Positions 1 to 9,562 of a stretch of 64,000 nt of DNA are shown piece after piece (within the stretch, counting starts at the first letter, position 1; every line of letters starts with the position of its first letter). Source of the DNA: a virus. The stretch lies in IMG/VR virus record IMGVR_UViG_3300022602_000001; one strand, 5' to 3'. Under the pieces are notes generated by a model, which worked only from the letters and a program-made list of their open reading frames with translations, was not told where the DNA came from and ran no database searches. Made by a program: the position numbers and the translations under genes.

Positions 1-2
1 AG

Positions 3-209
3 TTGGTGGGATCGACTCCACCAAACTACTGGTACACAAAGGACTTCAGAAAAAAACTCCACAGGTACAACTTCACAAAATCAAGGCTGGTCAAGGAGTT
101 TGGAGCGGATCCATCGAACACTGAGTTTAGGATAATGTCTGAGCTTGGGTACGACAGAGTTTGGGACTGCGGAAGTTTGAAGTACGTGTATCCAAAGAGC
201 AAAAATTGA
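3..209 (+). CDS. C-terminal fragment of a Hef-like homing-endonuclease-related protein (partial)
   Basis: Ends in GYDRVWDCGSLKYVY, a tail typical of phage Hef-like proteins; truncated by the window edge. Confidence 0.55.
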   Translation: MVGSTPPNYWYTKDFRKKLHRYNFTKSRLVKEFGADPSNTEFRIMSELGYDRVWDCGSLKYVYPKSKN

Positions 210-230
210 TTGAACCACAAGCAGTCTTTT

Positions 231-258
231 GGTGCCCCAAGAAATTGGGGCATTTTTT
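231..258 (+). terminator. Intrinsic terminator
   Basis: ggtgccccaa-gaaa-ttggggcatt hairpin followed by T-run. Confidence 0.85.
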
Positions 259-308
259 GTTTTGGAAACAACCGTCATTGTCTCATATTTATTTAAAATA
301 AAAACAGC

Positions 309-980
309 ATGCTGGAAACAGAAGAGCCAAAGAAGAAACCAAAAGGACCTATCAAATTCAATGTGCAACTCAACGATGAACAAAAAGCAGCAAAGCAGGC
401 AATACTGGAAAACAAAATAACGGTCATAAAGGGGCAGGCGGGATCAGGAAAGTCCCTTGTTGCTGCCCAGGCGGCTCTGGACCTTCTGTTCAGGAAGGAG
501 GTGACAAAGATAGTGCTGACAAGGCCTGCAGTGACGTCAGGAGAGGAGATCGGGTTCCTTCCAGGAACAAAGGACGAAAAGCTGGCTCCCTACATGGCAG
601 CAATATACGACAACATGTACACACTGTACAACAAGGAGAAGGTGGACAAGGAGCTCGAGGAGGGAAAGATAGAGGTGATACCCCTTGGATTCATGAGGGG
701 AAGAAACTTGAGCAACGCATGCGTGCTGGTGGACGAGGGACAGAACATAACAAACAGGCAGATGGAGCTTCTATTTGGGAGGATATGCAATGGAACCAGA
801 ATGATAATATGCGGAGACAGCGTTCAGATAGACCTAAAGGACAGGTCATCTTCTGGGTTCAACTTTGTCTGCAACAACTTGAAGGAAATACCCGGGTTCA
901 AGGTGATCACATTAAAGACCAACCACAGGGACCCAATAGTTGAATCAATACTTGAAGTTTACAGACAAAACGACAACTGA
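309..980 (+). CDS. phoH: PhoH-family ATPase
   Basis: GQAGSGKS Walker A, TRPAV, GFLPG, FMRGR, VDEGQN, GDSVQID motifs. Confidence 0.95.
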   Translation: MLETEEPKKKPKGPIKFNVQLNDEQKAAKQAILENKITVIKGQAGSGKSLVAAQAALDLLFRKEVTKIVLTRPAVTSGEEIGFLPGTKDEKLAPYMAAIYDNMYTLYNKEKVDKELEEGKIEVIPLGFMRGRNLSNACVLVDEGQNITNRQMELLFGRICNGTRMIICGDSVQIDLKDRSSSGFNFVCNNLKEIPGFKVITLKTNHRDPIVESILEVYRQNDN

Positions 981-2152
981 TGGCAAACCCAATAATATAC
1001 ACAGGATCTGCACAGCCCATATCAGGAAGCACTCCTTTTGGATTCTACGACTCCGATCTGTCCTACCAAAACGACGGCCCCAGAGTGGTCAACTATGTGT
1101 GCACAAAGCTGGGCTACCCAATAATGGACGTGGAGCTTCAGGACACTCAGGTGTACGCCTGCTTTGAGGAGGCGGTTTCTGTGTACGCGGAGGAAGTGTA
1201 CCAGTCGAAGATAAAGGACAACTACTTCTCTTTGGAGGGAGCCACGACCTCCTCCTTGCTGAACAATCAGGTGGTCGTTCCGACAATAAACTCAATAGTC
1301 AACATAGCGGACAACTTTGGATCGTACGTTGGAGTGGGTGGGCTAATGACTTGGTACAGCGCATCTCTGTCACTGACGGCAAGCCAGCAGGCCTACGACA
1401 TGCAGGCGTGGGCGGTTCAGAACGGAATAATATCATCAAGCACAAGCGACAGGATCATCATACAGAGGATATTCTACCAATCGCCTCCTGCAATAAATCA
1501 GTACTACGACCCGTTCATAGGAGGATCGATAAACTACCAAGGAGCAACGGAGAACTTTGGATGGGCCAGTTACTCGCCAGGTCTCAATTTCCAGTTGTTT
1601 CCGGTTTACTGGGACATTCAGAGGATACAGGAGATAGAGATGTCGAACGAGGTGAGAGTGTCAAAGTACACCTTTGAGCTCACAAACAACGTGCTGAAGA
1701 TATTCCCTGCCCCTGACATGGGTGGACTGGTCCTTTGGTTCGAGTACTCCCTAAAGAGCGACTACTCCAGCGTAGCAAAGAACAGTCCTTACGGAAGCAA
1801 CCAAGGCCTGGTGACAAATCCGTCCAACGTGCCGTACGGAACGATGACGTACTCCCAGATAAACCAGCCAGGAAAGCAGTGGATCTACGAGTACACTCTG
1901 GCCCTTTCGTCGGAGCTTCTTGGTCTAATAAGAGGAAAGTACCAACAAGTGGCAATACCCGGCTCAGAGGTTACCCTAAACGGGTCAGACCTCATAGCAA
2001 AGGCAAACACTGCAAAGGAGTCTCTCAGAGAGAAGCTGAGGCAGGACCTAGACGACATGAGCAGAAGATCACAACTGGAGAGGAAACAGTCGGAGAACGA
2101 GTCCATGTCGAACACGCTGAACCAGGTGCCACTATTTATTTACATTGGATAA
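980..2152 (+). CDS. Neck/head-tail adaptor protein (T4 gp13-like)
   Basis: KLGYPIMDVEL N-terminus, LGLIRGKY...LNGSDL C-terminus; first gene of the neck module. Confidence 0.75.
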   Translation: MANPIIYTGSAQPISGSTPFGFYDSDLSYQNDGPRVVNYVCTKLGYPIMDVELQDTQVYACFEEAVSVYAEEVYQSKIKDNYFSLEGATTSSLLNNQVVVPTINSIVNIADNFGSYVGVGGLMTWYSASLSLTASQQAYDMQAWAVQNGIISSSTSDRIIIQRIFYQSPPAINQYYDPFIGGSINYQGATENFGWASYSPGLNFQLFPVYWDIQRIQEIEMSNEVRVSKYTFELTNNVLKIFPAPDMGGLVLWFEYSLKSDYSSVAKNSPYGSNQGLVTNPSNVPYGTMTYSQINQPGKQWIYEYTLALSSELLGLIRGKYQQVAIPGSEVTLNGSDLIAKANTAKESLREKLRQDLDDMSRRSQLERKQSENESMSNTLNQVPLFIYIG

Positions 2153-2172
2153 TTTCAGACTAATAGACCAAC

Positions 2173-2667
2173 ATGGCAATATTTGGATCCAGCAGAGACA
2201 TACAGATGTTCAAAGGAATAAGCTACGAGTTCGTTGAGAACGTGGCAAGCCAGCAGTGCGGATACTACAAGGTGGTGCTGTCTGACACCCCGCCGAACGT
2301 CTACGGAGAGGCTGCAGAAAAGCAGTACATAGGCCCTGTTCTTCTCTGGACACTGGTTAAGAGGGGAGACTTTTCCTTTCAGGACTGGAACGACCAGTCT
2401 ACTGACGTTCAGAGGGAGGTGACTTTCAGGTTCTTCAAGGACCACTTAATTAATGCAAACGTGTTTCCTGAGGTTGGAGACATAGTGATGTACAACGAGC
2501 TGTACTTTGAGGTAGACAACGTGAATGAGAACCAACTGATAATGGGAAAGGATCCAAATTACAGCTACTCTAGTGGGCTGAACAATTTTGGATCTTCCTA
2601 CTCAATAATATTAAAAACTCACTACACAAGCCCAGACAGGCTTGGTATCCAAAAACAAAGAGTGTAA
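2173..2667 (+). CDS. Head closure/neck protein (gp14-like)
   Basis: NVYGE and PEVGDIV...YFEV motifs; follows the gp13-like gene. Confidence 0.65.
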   Translation: MAIFGSSRDIQMFKGISYEFVENVASQQCGYYKVVLSDTPPNVYGEAAEKQYIGPVLLWTLVKRGDFSFQDWNDQSTDVQREVTFRFFKDHLINANVFPEVGDIVMYNELYFEVDNVNENQLIMGKDPNYSYSSGLNNFGSSYSIILKTHYTSPDRLGIQKQRV

Positions 2668-2670
2668 CAG

Positions 2671-3951
2671 ATGGCAAGTCAGGTAACAAGGCCACAAAAT
2701 AGACAGGAGTTCATGGACAAGCTGGTCATGCCGTACCTTCCATCTTTGGGAAATCCAAATACAGTTTTTTCTGAACCACAAAAGTTGGGACAGCCTGAAA
2801 TCAATCGAGCGCTAGAGGTCACTCTAAGGAATGACACCAACAAAGACTTTTCAATAGGAATAAAGGACTTCGACGAGGCGCTGAAGTACTACTTTGACAA
2901 CATCTTAAAATTGTCAGTGACCCAGAATGGAACCAGGGTGGACGTCCCCGTTCTGTACGGCAACCAGGAGAACTGGAAGGACATTCAGCTTGAGGGCTAC
3001 CTGAGAGACAAGAATGGAAAGATGATGGCGCCCATGCTGTTCTTCAGAAGGACTGGCATAGAGCAGAACAGAACACTGGGATTCAAGTTGGACGGGAACC
3101 AGGCGCACAATCTGCAGTACTTTGAGGGAAGCTACGACAGACGGAACGTCTACTCAAACTTCAATGTGCTCAATTCAAGAGTACCAACAAAAAAGTACAT
3201 TGTCTCCGTTACTCCAGACTACGTCACCGTCAGCTACTCTTGCATAGTGTGGACCTACTACGTGGAGCAGATGGACAAGCTGGTGGAGTCTTTGAACTTT
3301 GCGGCAAGGAGCTACTGGGGAGACCCAAACAAATTTCTGTTCTACACGGACATTGAGAGCTTCAGCGAGACCCTTCAGTACAACATAGGAACAGACAGAT
3401 CAGTCAGAAACGATTTCACCTTAAAGCTAAACGGGTACCTCATACCAGATTCAATAAATGCAAAGTTGTCCGCTGGAAACAGAGTGTACAGCATAGCAAA
3501 CATATCCTTTGGGCTGGAAACTGCCACCAGCTTTGAGCAGTTCCAGGCGAACTTGGCCAAGCCAAAGTCTTCTCAAATTGCAGCAGTTGCAGCAAACGAC
3601 TCTGTGAACGTGACAAACAACACAACAGTACAGACCGTCTACAGTGGAAGCCTACCAAGCTCTGTGTCAGCTTATCTTCTGCAGACGAAGCAGGTGCAGG
3701 GTACCTACGTGGCTGCAAACACGGTAATATTTGCGGACGGGTGGGCAGTACCACCTTCTGGATACAGCCTTCCGAGCAACACGGTGGCAAACTTCAACTT
3801 TTTTGTCAACTCTACTCTGATAGACCCTGGAGCTGTGGTGAGCTTTGTGGACAACTTGAACAGCACGAGTACACTGACAATAAACACGGGGTCTCTCGGC
3901 TTTGGCTTTGATTCTTCCGACACAATATACGCAATAGGTAAATTCGCATAA
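2671..3951 (+). CDS. Tail terminator/sheath stabiliser (gp15-like) with C-terminal extension
   Basis: VPVLYG..E.W motif; position between neck and tail genes. Confidence 0.55.
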   Translation: MASQVTRPQNRQEFMDKLVMPYLPSLGNPNTVFSEPQKLGQPEINRALEVTLRNDTNKDFSIGIKDFDEALKYYFDNILKLSVTQNGTRVDVPVLYGNQENWKDIQLEGYLRDKNGKMMAPMLFFRRTGIEQNRTLGFKLDGNQAHNLQYFEGSYDRRNVYSNFNVLNSRVPTKKYIVSVTPDYVTVSYSCIVWTYYVEQMDKLVESLNFAARSYWGDPNKFLFYTDIESFSETLQYNIGTDRSVRNDFTLKLNGYLIPDSINAKLSAGNRVYSIANISFGLETATSFEQFQANLAKPKSSQIAAVAANDSVNVTNNTTVQTVYSGSLPSSVSAYLLQTKQVQGTYVAANTVIFADGWAVPPSGYSLPSNTVANFNFFVNSTLIDPGAVVSFVDNLNSTSTLTINTGSLGFGFDSSDTIYAIGKFA

Positions 3952-3953
3952 AT

Positions 3954-6900
3954 ATGTCCTACGTAAAGAGCAAGCAAATAGGTTATCCCTTAACTGGATC
4001 ATTCACTGGATCATTTTTTGGAACTTTCAGCGGAAGCATTATTGGAGTGCTGAGCGGGAGCACAAGCAACTCCCTGACTGCATCCACAGCGGTGAGCTCG
4101 TCGTTCTCTTTGACCAGCTCATACACCCTTCAGGTGGCAACTGCCTCATATGCCGTAACATCGTCCTATACGGTGTCTTCTTCCTATGCAACTTCTGCTT
4201 CTTACTCTCTGTCATCTAGCTACGCTGTTAGTTCTTCTTACTCAACTCTGTCGTTGACAAGTTCGTATGCACAGCAAGCTTTGAGTGCATCTTACTCTTA
4301 CACTGCGTCCACCGCAGTAAGTGCATCTTATGCAGTGTCGGCTAGCAATACAGTTAGTGCAACTTCTGCTTCTTACTCCTACACAGCTTCAAGCGCAGTG
4401 AACTCATCAGCTTCGTTAATATCAGTGTCAAGCTCTTACGCTGTCACAGCTAGTTACGCATCCACCTCTTCATTTTCTTTAGTATCTACAACCAGTTCGT
4501 ATTCAATACAGGCATCAAGTGCGTCATACGTTAGCACGGCAAGTTACGTTGCTAGTTCTTCTTATTCTTATCAGTCTTCTACGTCGTCGTATTCGTTGAA
4601 CAGCGGACTGCTCAGCGGAACTTCATCTGCCACATTTGCAACAACTGGAAGCAACGCATTTGTTGGGACTCAGATCATAACAGGATCAATAATTAGCACA
4701 TACAGTGGCAGCTTGGGAAACACTATAAATTTAAGCACAACAACAGGCAGCCTATACGACGGAAATATATACTTTACTCAAACTGGATCAAACCCACAAT
4801 TGTATTTTTTCCAAAATGGAGTTTCTTGGTTTTCAAGCAGAAATAATTCGGTGTTTTTTACGGACGTGTCTTCTTTTTACTTGTCAAGCTATTCAATAAC
4901 TATAACTACAAATGGATCTATAAATCTTAGAGGATACATTTCTTTAGGATACACATCATTCGATTCAGGAATAAATCAGTTCGTGAAGGTCGGTGGAAAT
5001 TATGCGTCGTTTTCTTTTACTGGAAGTTCATCATCCTCCGCCACAAGCATAATTTTTCAGGACAAGAATTATACAGTCGCAGGCCTAGACGACGTGAACA
5101 GTCTAACTTCCTCCTTGTCAAGCAGCTACGTAACTCTAAACACAGCTCAAACTGTGTCCAGCTCAAAGATTTTTGTTGGAAATCAAACTGTCAGCGGAAG
5201 TTTGAGCGTGACAAGCGGCATCACGGGGTCGTTATTTGGAACGGGATCCCAAGCAGTTTCAAGTTCGTACTCAGCAACTGCGTCGTATGCACTTTCCGGC
5301 CCGCTTCTATCTGGTTCCTACATACTGAATACGACATCAACTCAGGTAAGTTCAAGCTTGGCGATCGATGGCACAATTGGAATAGGGCAGTCGGCTAGAC
5401 CAGGAAATAATCTTGACATCCAGTCGTCTATCGGAGGCACAAGCTTTGGCACCTCCGATCCAACTGCCTCTACAGTTCTGTACCTCAACAGGTCTTTTGG
5501 AACTCCAGCTTCACCAACAATTCCAACTAGCACAGGTTCGATAGGGTCCATAAATTTTATGATGTACACTGGTACGGGATCTCCTGACACAACCACCTAT
5601 CGTGAGTCTGCAAAGATAGTGGGAGGGATGGACGGAATTCCAACTTCTTCTTCAATACCTGGATATTTGTCATTCAGAACAACTCCCTCAGGCTCAACAA
5701 GTTCTGTGGAGGCACTGTGCATAAATTCTACAGGTGTATCTGTGTTTGGAGGGTACACTCCAACTGGTTCAGCACTGACCAATGCAAACATATTAAAAGC
5801 AGTAACTAACAGCACAACTGGTTTAGTTGGCTTTCAAAATTTGAATGCTGCTGGATACTCAAGCTTTGATTATTACGATAATACTGGTACGTTTACACTA
5901 AACACTGGATATGCCAACGCAAGCGCTTCAAGCTTTGCTGGTTTAGTTTATTGGAACACCACTAAAGATATGGTGTATGCTTATAATATTATTGAATGGC
6001 TTCGTTTTAACAGCGCAAATAGTAGAGTAGGTTTACTTACACCATCTCCAACCCATACCCTTACTTTAGGTTCAACCGCTACAGGATTGTCGGCTTACAA
6101 CACATCAGACCAAACCACAAACTACGAAAGGATTGTTGGACAGTGGCAATCAAATGCGTATACAATAGGGAGCTATGCTGGTGGAACTGGTACTTTAAGA
6201 TCTATTGTTTTAGGAGTATCTGCTAATACAGGTAGTACAACAATATCAAATGGAAATGCAAGAATATTTACAATAAACTCATCTATATCTGCAACAGCAG
6301 GTTTTTATGATTTCAACTCAATTACTGGTCTCACACCAAGTATAACAACCTTTCAGGGTACAGCAGCAGCTTCAACAAGCTCACAGAATTGGGTGTCAAT
6401 ACAGCCTACAATAAGCCAATCAAGCTCTGCTGGCTACTCTGCTTTGTTGGTGCAGCCGTACGAACAGGCAATTGGTTCAGGCAACAGGTATTTAATAAAT
6501 GCAGGAACAAATTCCGCTTTAAATGGAGCAGGGTCGTTCAACCAACTGTTCTCAGTTGCAAGTAACGGAAAGACTGCCATAGGATCGACCAATAATAGAA
6601 CGTCTGTTTTGGCGGTGACTCCATCACCAACCAACAGCTCAAATGTAGCTTGGGGATCGGTCGGTCCTGTGTTCAGCGTCAATGCAGGGTCAATTGTAGA
6701 CACCACCTCTAGCGGAAGCGTCGCATCAGTCACCGCCATAAGCTCCTTTGCCAATGCAACTCTATCTGCGTCGAGCGCAGTCACGTACTCAAACGCAACA
6801 CTTCTGTACTTGGGCTCTCTTTCAGCAGGAGGCAGTGCGTCTCTAGTAAATCCAACGTCTTTGTACGTGTCAGGATCACAGTATACAGGAAATGTATATG

Positions 6901-8606
6901 TGGCAAACACATCAGGAATTTCTATTAACAACAATGGAGCTCCGGGGAGTGGATCTAAAATTTATGTGGGAAATGCATCTCAAGTGTCTGCGGCAACCAC
7001 ATTTGGAGTAGGAAATAGCTTATCATCAATTAGCATTCCGGCAAACACATACATAAGCACGACTTCAACAGGTTCAACAACAACAGCGGGGATGTACATT
7101 TTTGGAACTCCTACATTGTCAGCGTCAAACTCTACAACGATCACCAACGGAGCTTCAATGTACATAGACGGAGCTCCAATTGCTGGAGGCAATGTGGTGA
7201 TAACAAATCCGTGGGCACTGTACGTAAACACAGGAAACATATCTGCCCAAGCTTCTAGCGTGCTTTTTCAGAGGATGCAGCTGGGGACTAGTGCATTTTC
7301 AACATCTACAATAGGAACTTCTGGAAACTTGCTCAATGTGAATGCACTAACTGTTTCAGATAATATAACAGCAACCAGCGGCTCAGTTGTTCACGTTGCT
7401 GCAAATGGAATAGCGCAGACCACCTACACCACAACAGGAAACACGAACATAACATATGCAACTTCAAGCACTCTTTACATAGCAGGAGCTCCAATAGCAG
7501 GTGCAAACATGACCATGAGCAATCCTTACTCACTGTTTGTGAACTCTGGAACAGTATACATAGGAGGAAGTGTAAACATGGCTTCCAACTTGTCCATAGG
7601 ATCCTACAGTGGCCAGTCGATATTCTACATAAACAAAATCGGTTGGAACGTTGCAGCTTGGGGAACCACAGGAGTTGCAACAAACGTCGTGGGAAACGTC
7701 TACAAGGACTCAACCTCTACATCAGGGTCGACTGTAGCTGGCATGACTGTATTCAGTTCATTTGGAGCTCCCACCCTTTCTTCTTCGTTGGCTGTTTCGG
7801 GGTCCTCTGTTACATACTCAACAGCGTCTACAGTTTATATAGCCAGTGCACCACTTGCGGGAGCAAATGTCACCATGTCAAATCCATACGCTCTGTATGT
7901 CAATGCGGGTAATGTTTATTTAGGACCAGGTACAACTTTTTCTAACAGGATACTAAATAACTTAAATAATGCTTTTAGCACAACAGCTATAGGTGTAAAC
8001 GGTTCTTTATTTGCACTGTCTTCTGGTGTTATTACTGATACTTCAACTGCTGTGAGCGGTACAGTGGCTACGTACGCTATAAATGGGATAGCCCAATCTA
8101 CAATAGCAGCGTCCAGCTCAAGGGTTACATACACCAATGCGGCCACTCTGTACATAGCAGGAGCTCCAGTAGGTAGCACCAATGTGACAATGAGCAACTC
8201 CTGGTCTCTTTACGTTAACAGCGGGTCTGCTTACTTTGGCGGCTCACTGACGGTCAAAGGACAGTTGGCAAACGTTGCTTCTCCACTGATTTTAACATCT
8301 GGAAGTGGGGCAGGGACTGGATCGATCATATCAGCCACTGGATCGGTAAACGGAGGAGTGCTGTACGTCACGGCAGGATCTTCTCCCGCTGCAAACTCAA
8401 CCATAGTCACTCTGACATACTCCTCTCCATTTCCTACTGGGTCATCTGTCCTGTTGTACCCTGCAAACTTTGCAACGGCCAATTTGACGGGATCTGCAAC
8501 AGTTTTTGCTTCAGGAAGCACAACAGGATTCGGAATTTTTGCAAACTCAAGCTCGTTGGCATCTTCTTCGTTGTATGCATGGAACTACGCTGTGGAGGGA
8601 TATTGA
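3954..8606 (+). CDS. Ser/Thr-rich tail fibre/virion fibre protein with internal repeats
   Basis: 1550 aa; tandem xSSYA/ASYA repeats at the N-terminus; ~5 copies of a TLYIAGAP..GANVTMSNPY.LYVN repeat. Confidence 0.7.
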   Translation: MSYVKSKQIGYPLTGSFTGSFFGTFSGSIIGVLSGSTSNSLTASTAVSSSFSLTSSYTLQVATASYAVTSSYTVSSSYATSASYSLSSSYAVSSSYSTLSLTSSYAQQALSASYSYTASTAVSASYAVSASNTVSATSASYSYTASSAVNSSASLISVSSSYAVTASYASTSSFSLVSTTSSYSIQASSASYVSTASYVASSSYSYQSSTSSYSLNSGLLSGTSSATFATTGSNAFVGTQIITGSIISTYSGSLGNTINLSTTTGSLYDGNIYFTQTGSNPQLYFFQNGVSWFSSRNNSVFFTDVSSFYLSSYSITITTNGSINLRGYISLGYTSFDSGINQFVKVGGNYASFSFTGSSSSSATSIIFQDKNYTVAGLDDVNSLTSSLSSSYVTLNTAQTVSSSKIFVGNQTVSGSLSVTSGITGSLFGTGSQAVSSSYSATASYALSGPLLSGSYILNTTSTQVSSSLAIDGTIGIGQSARPGNNLDIQSSIGGTSFGTSDPTASTVLYLNRSFGTPASPTIPTSTGSIGSINFMMYTGTGSPDTTTYRESAKIVGGMDGIPTSSSIPGYLSFRTTPSGSTSSVEALCINSTGVSVFGGYTPTGSALTNANILKAVTNSTTGLVGFQNLNAAGYSSFDYYDNTGTFTLNTGYANASASSFAGLVYWNTTKDMVYAYNIIEWLRFNSANSRVGLLTPSPTHTLTLGSTATGLSAYNTSDQTTNYERIVGQWQSNAYTIGSYAGGTGTLRSIVLGVSANTGSTTISNGNARIFTINSSISATAGFYDFNSITGLTPSITTFQGTAAASTSSQNWVSIQPTISQSSSAGYSALLVQPYEQAIGSGNRYLINAGTNSALNGAGSFNQLFSVASNGKTAIGSTNNRTSVLAVTPSPTNSSNVAWGSVGPVFSVNAGSIVDTTSSGSVASVTAISSFANATLSASSAVTYSNATLLYLGSLSAGGSASLVNPTSLYVSGSQYTGNVYVANTSGISINNNGAPGSGSKIYVGNASQVSAATTFGVGNSLSSISIPANTYISTTSTGSTTTAGMYIFGTPTLSASNSTTITNGASMYIDGAPIAGGNVVITNPWALYVNTGNISAQASSVLFQRMQLGTSAFSTSTIGTSGNLLNVNALTVSDNITATSGSVVHVAANGIAQTTYTTTGNTNITYATSSTLYIAGAPIAGANMTMSNPYSLFVNSGTVYIGGSVNMASNLSIGSYSGQSIFYINKIGWNVAAWGTTGVATNVVGNVYKDSTSTSGSTVAGMTVFSSFGAPTLSSSLAVSGSSVTYSTASTVYIASAPLAGANVTMSNPYALYVNAGNVYLGPGTTFSNRILNNLNNAFSTTAIGVNGSLFALSSGVITDTSTAVSGTVATYAINGIAQSTIAASSSRVTYTNAATLYIAGAPVGSTNVTMSNSWSLYVNSGSAYFGGSLTVKGQLANVASPLILTSGSGAGTGSIISATGSVNGGVLYVTAGSSPAANSTIVTLTYSSPFPTGSSVLLYPANFATANLTGSATVFASGSTTGFGIFANSSSLASSSLYAWNYAVEGY

Positions 8607-8644
8607 GTTTTTTGTTTTAAAATTGACATATTTATTAATAAAAA

Positions 8645-8917
8645 ATGAAGTCAATACAGCCAGTTTCAGTGTACCAACCTGGAATAGCATCATTGAATCC
8701 ACCAACAGCTCAGGCAACCAGCTTTGACGTGACCATAATCAATGATAATTTGGTCGACATGTGCCAAATGTACTTTGAGCTATACGACGATAGCGGTGGG
8801 AGGGTTTACTATGGAAACACGTCTATAGTCGGAGACGATTATGCAAATTGGAATGGAAACAACGACTATCCTTATCAGTACATAGCAAAATTATTTTCTT
8901 TGACTATTTTAGAATAG
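8645..8917 (+). CDS. Small fibre-associated protein (possible fibre chaperone)
   Basis: Follows the fibre gene; DYANWNGNNDYPYQYIAK..LTI tail common downstream of phage fibres. Confidence 0.55.
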   Translation: MKSIQPVSVYQPGIASLNPPTAQATSFDVTIINDNLVDMCQMYFELYDDSGGRVYYGNTSIVGDDYANWNGNNDYPYQYIAKLFSLTILE

Positions 8918-8972
8918 CGGCAATTTGTCTAACTAACCTGGATATTTATATACATAAGATAAAATACATAAA

Positions 8973-9242
8973 ATGACAATCATAGCAATACTACTTTTGA
9001 CTGCTGTTCTTTATGTGTTGTATTTGAGCAACAAAAAAAAGATAGAGAACTTTGAAAGTAAAGTTGAGGAAAAAGAAAAGGCTGAAGTTGAAAGTGCAAC
9101 TAAAATTATTGATGCAGTCGCATCAGATGCAAATAAAATTATTAGTAAGGCAAAGAGCATTGCAACGGAGGATACTAAGGCAGTGCTGACAACTGCCGAG
9201 CAGGCAATTTCAGAGGTAAAAAAGATAACAAAAAAGTCTTAA
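8973..9242 (+). CDS. Membrane-anchored coiled-coil hypothetical protein
   Basis: N-terminal hydrophobic helix; ATATTTAT motif upstream. Confidence 0.6.
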   Translation: MTIIAILLLTAVLYVLYLSNKKKIENFESKVEEKEKAEVESATKIIDAVASDANKIISKAKSIATEDTKAVLTTAEQAISEVKKITKKS

Positions 9243-9265
9243 AAATTCTATAAAAAACACAGTTT

Positions 9266-9511
9266 ATGGCAGAAGTTAAAAAGCTCACAGAACAGGAATT
9301 CTCAAGGTTGAATTTGTTAAAACAGGACGCAATAGAAGTGGCGTCTGCTTTGGGCGAATTGAACTATCAAAAAACAATCCTTGAACTGCAGATTCAAGAA
9401 CTGACCCAAAAGATAAAAACAATAAGATCGAAGGAGTCAGAATTTTTTCAGGAGTTGAGAGACACCTATGGAACAATTTCCATTAATATCAACACAGGTG
9501 AGTTTCAGTAG
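9266..9511 (+). CDS. Small coiled-coil phage protein
   Basis: Heptad pattern with YG.ISINI.TGEF end; agtttATG start context. Confidence 0.7.
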   Translation: MAEVKKLTEQEFSRLNLLKQDAIEVASALGELNYQKTILELQIQELTQKIKTIRSKESEFFQELRDTYGTISININTGEFQ

Positions 9512-9562
9512 TGAGTTTTGACAGACTGGCCCCATATTTATTGGTAGATAAAAATAATGTAA

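Noticed and set aside
6600-8230. Repeats in the fibre gene as a diversity-generating retroelement TR/VR pair
   Set aside because: Differences between copies are not adenine-specific, all copies are in-frame protein repeats, and no reverse transcriptase is in the window.
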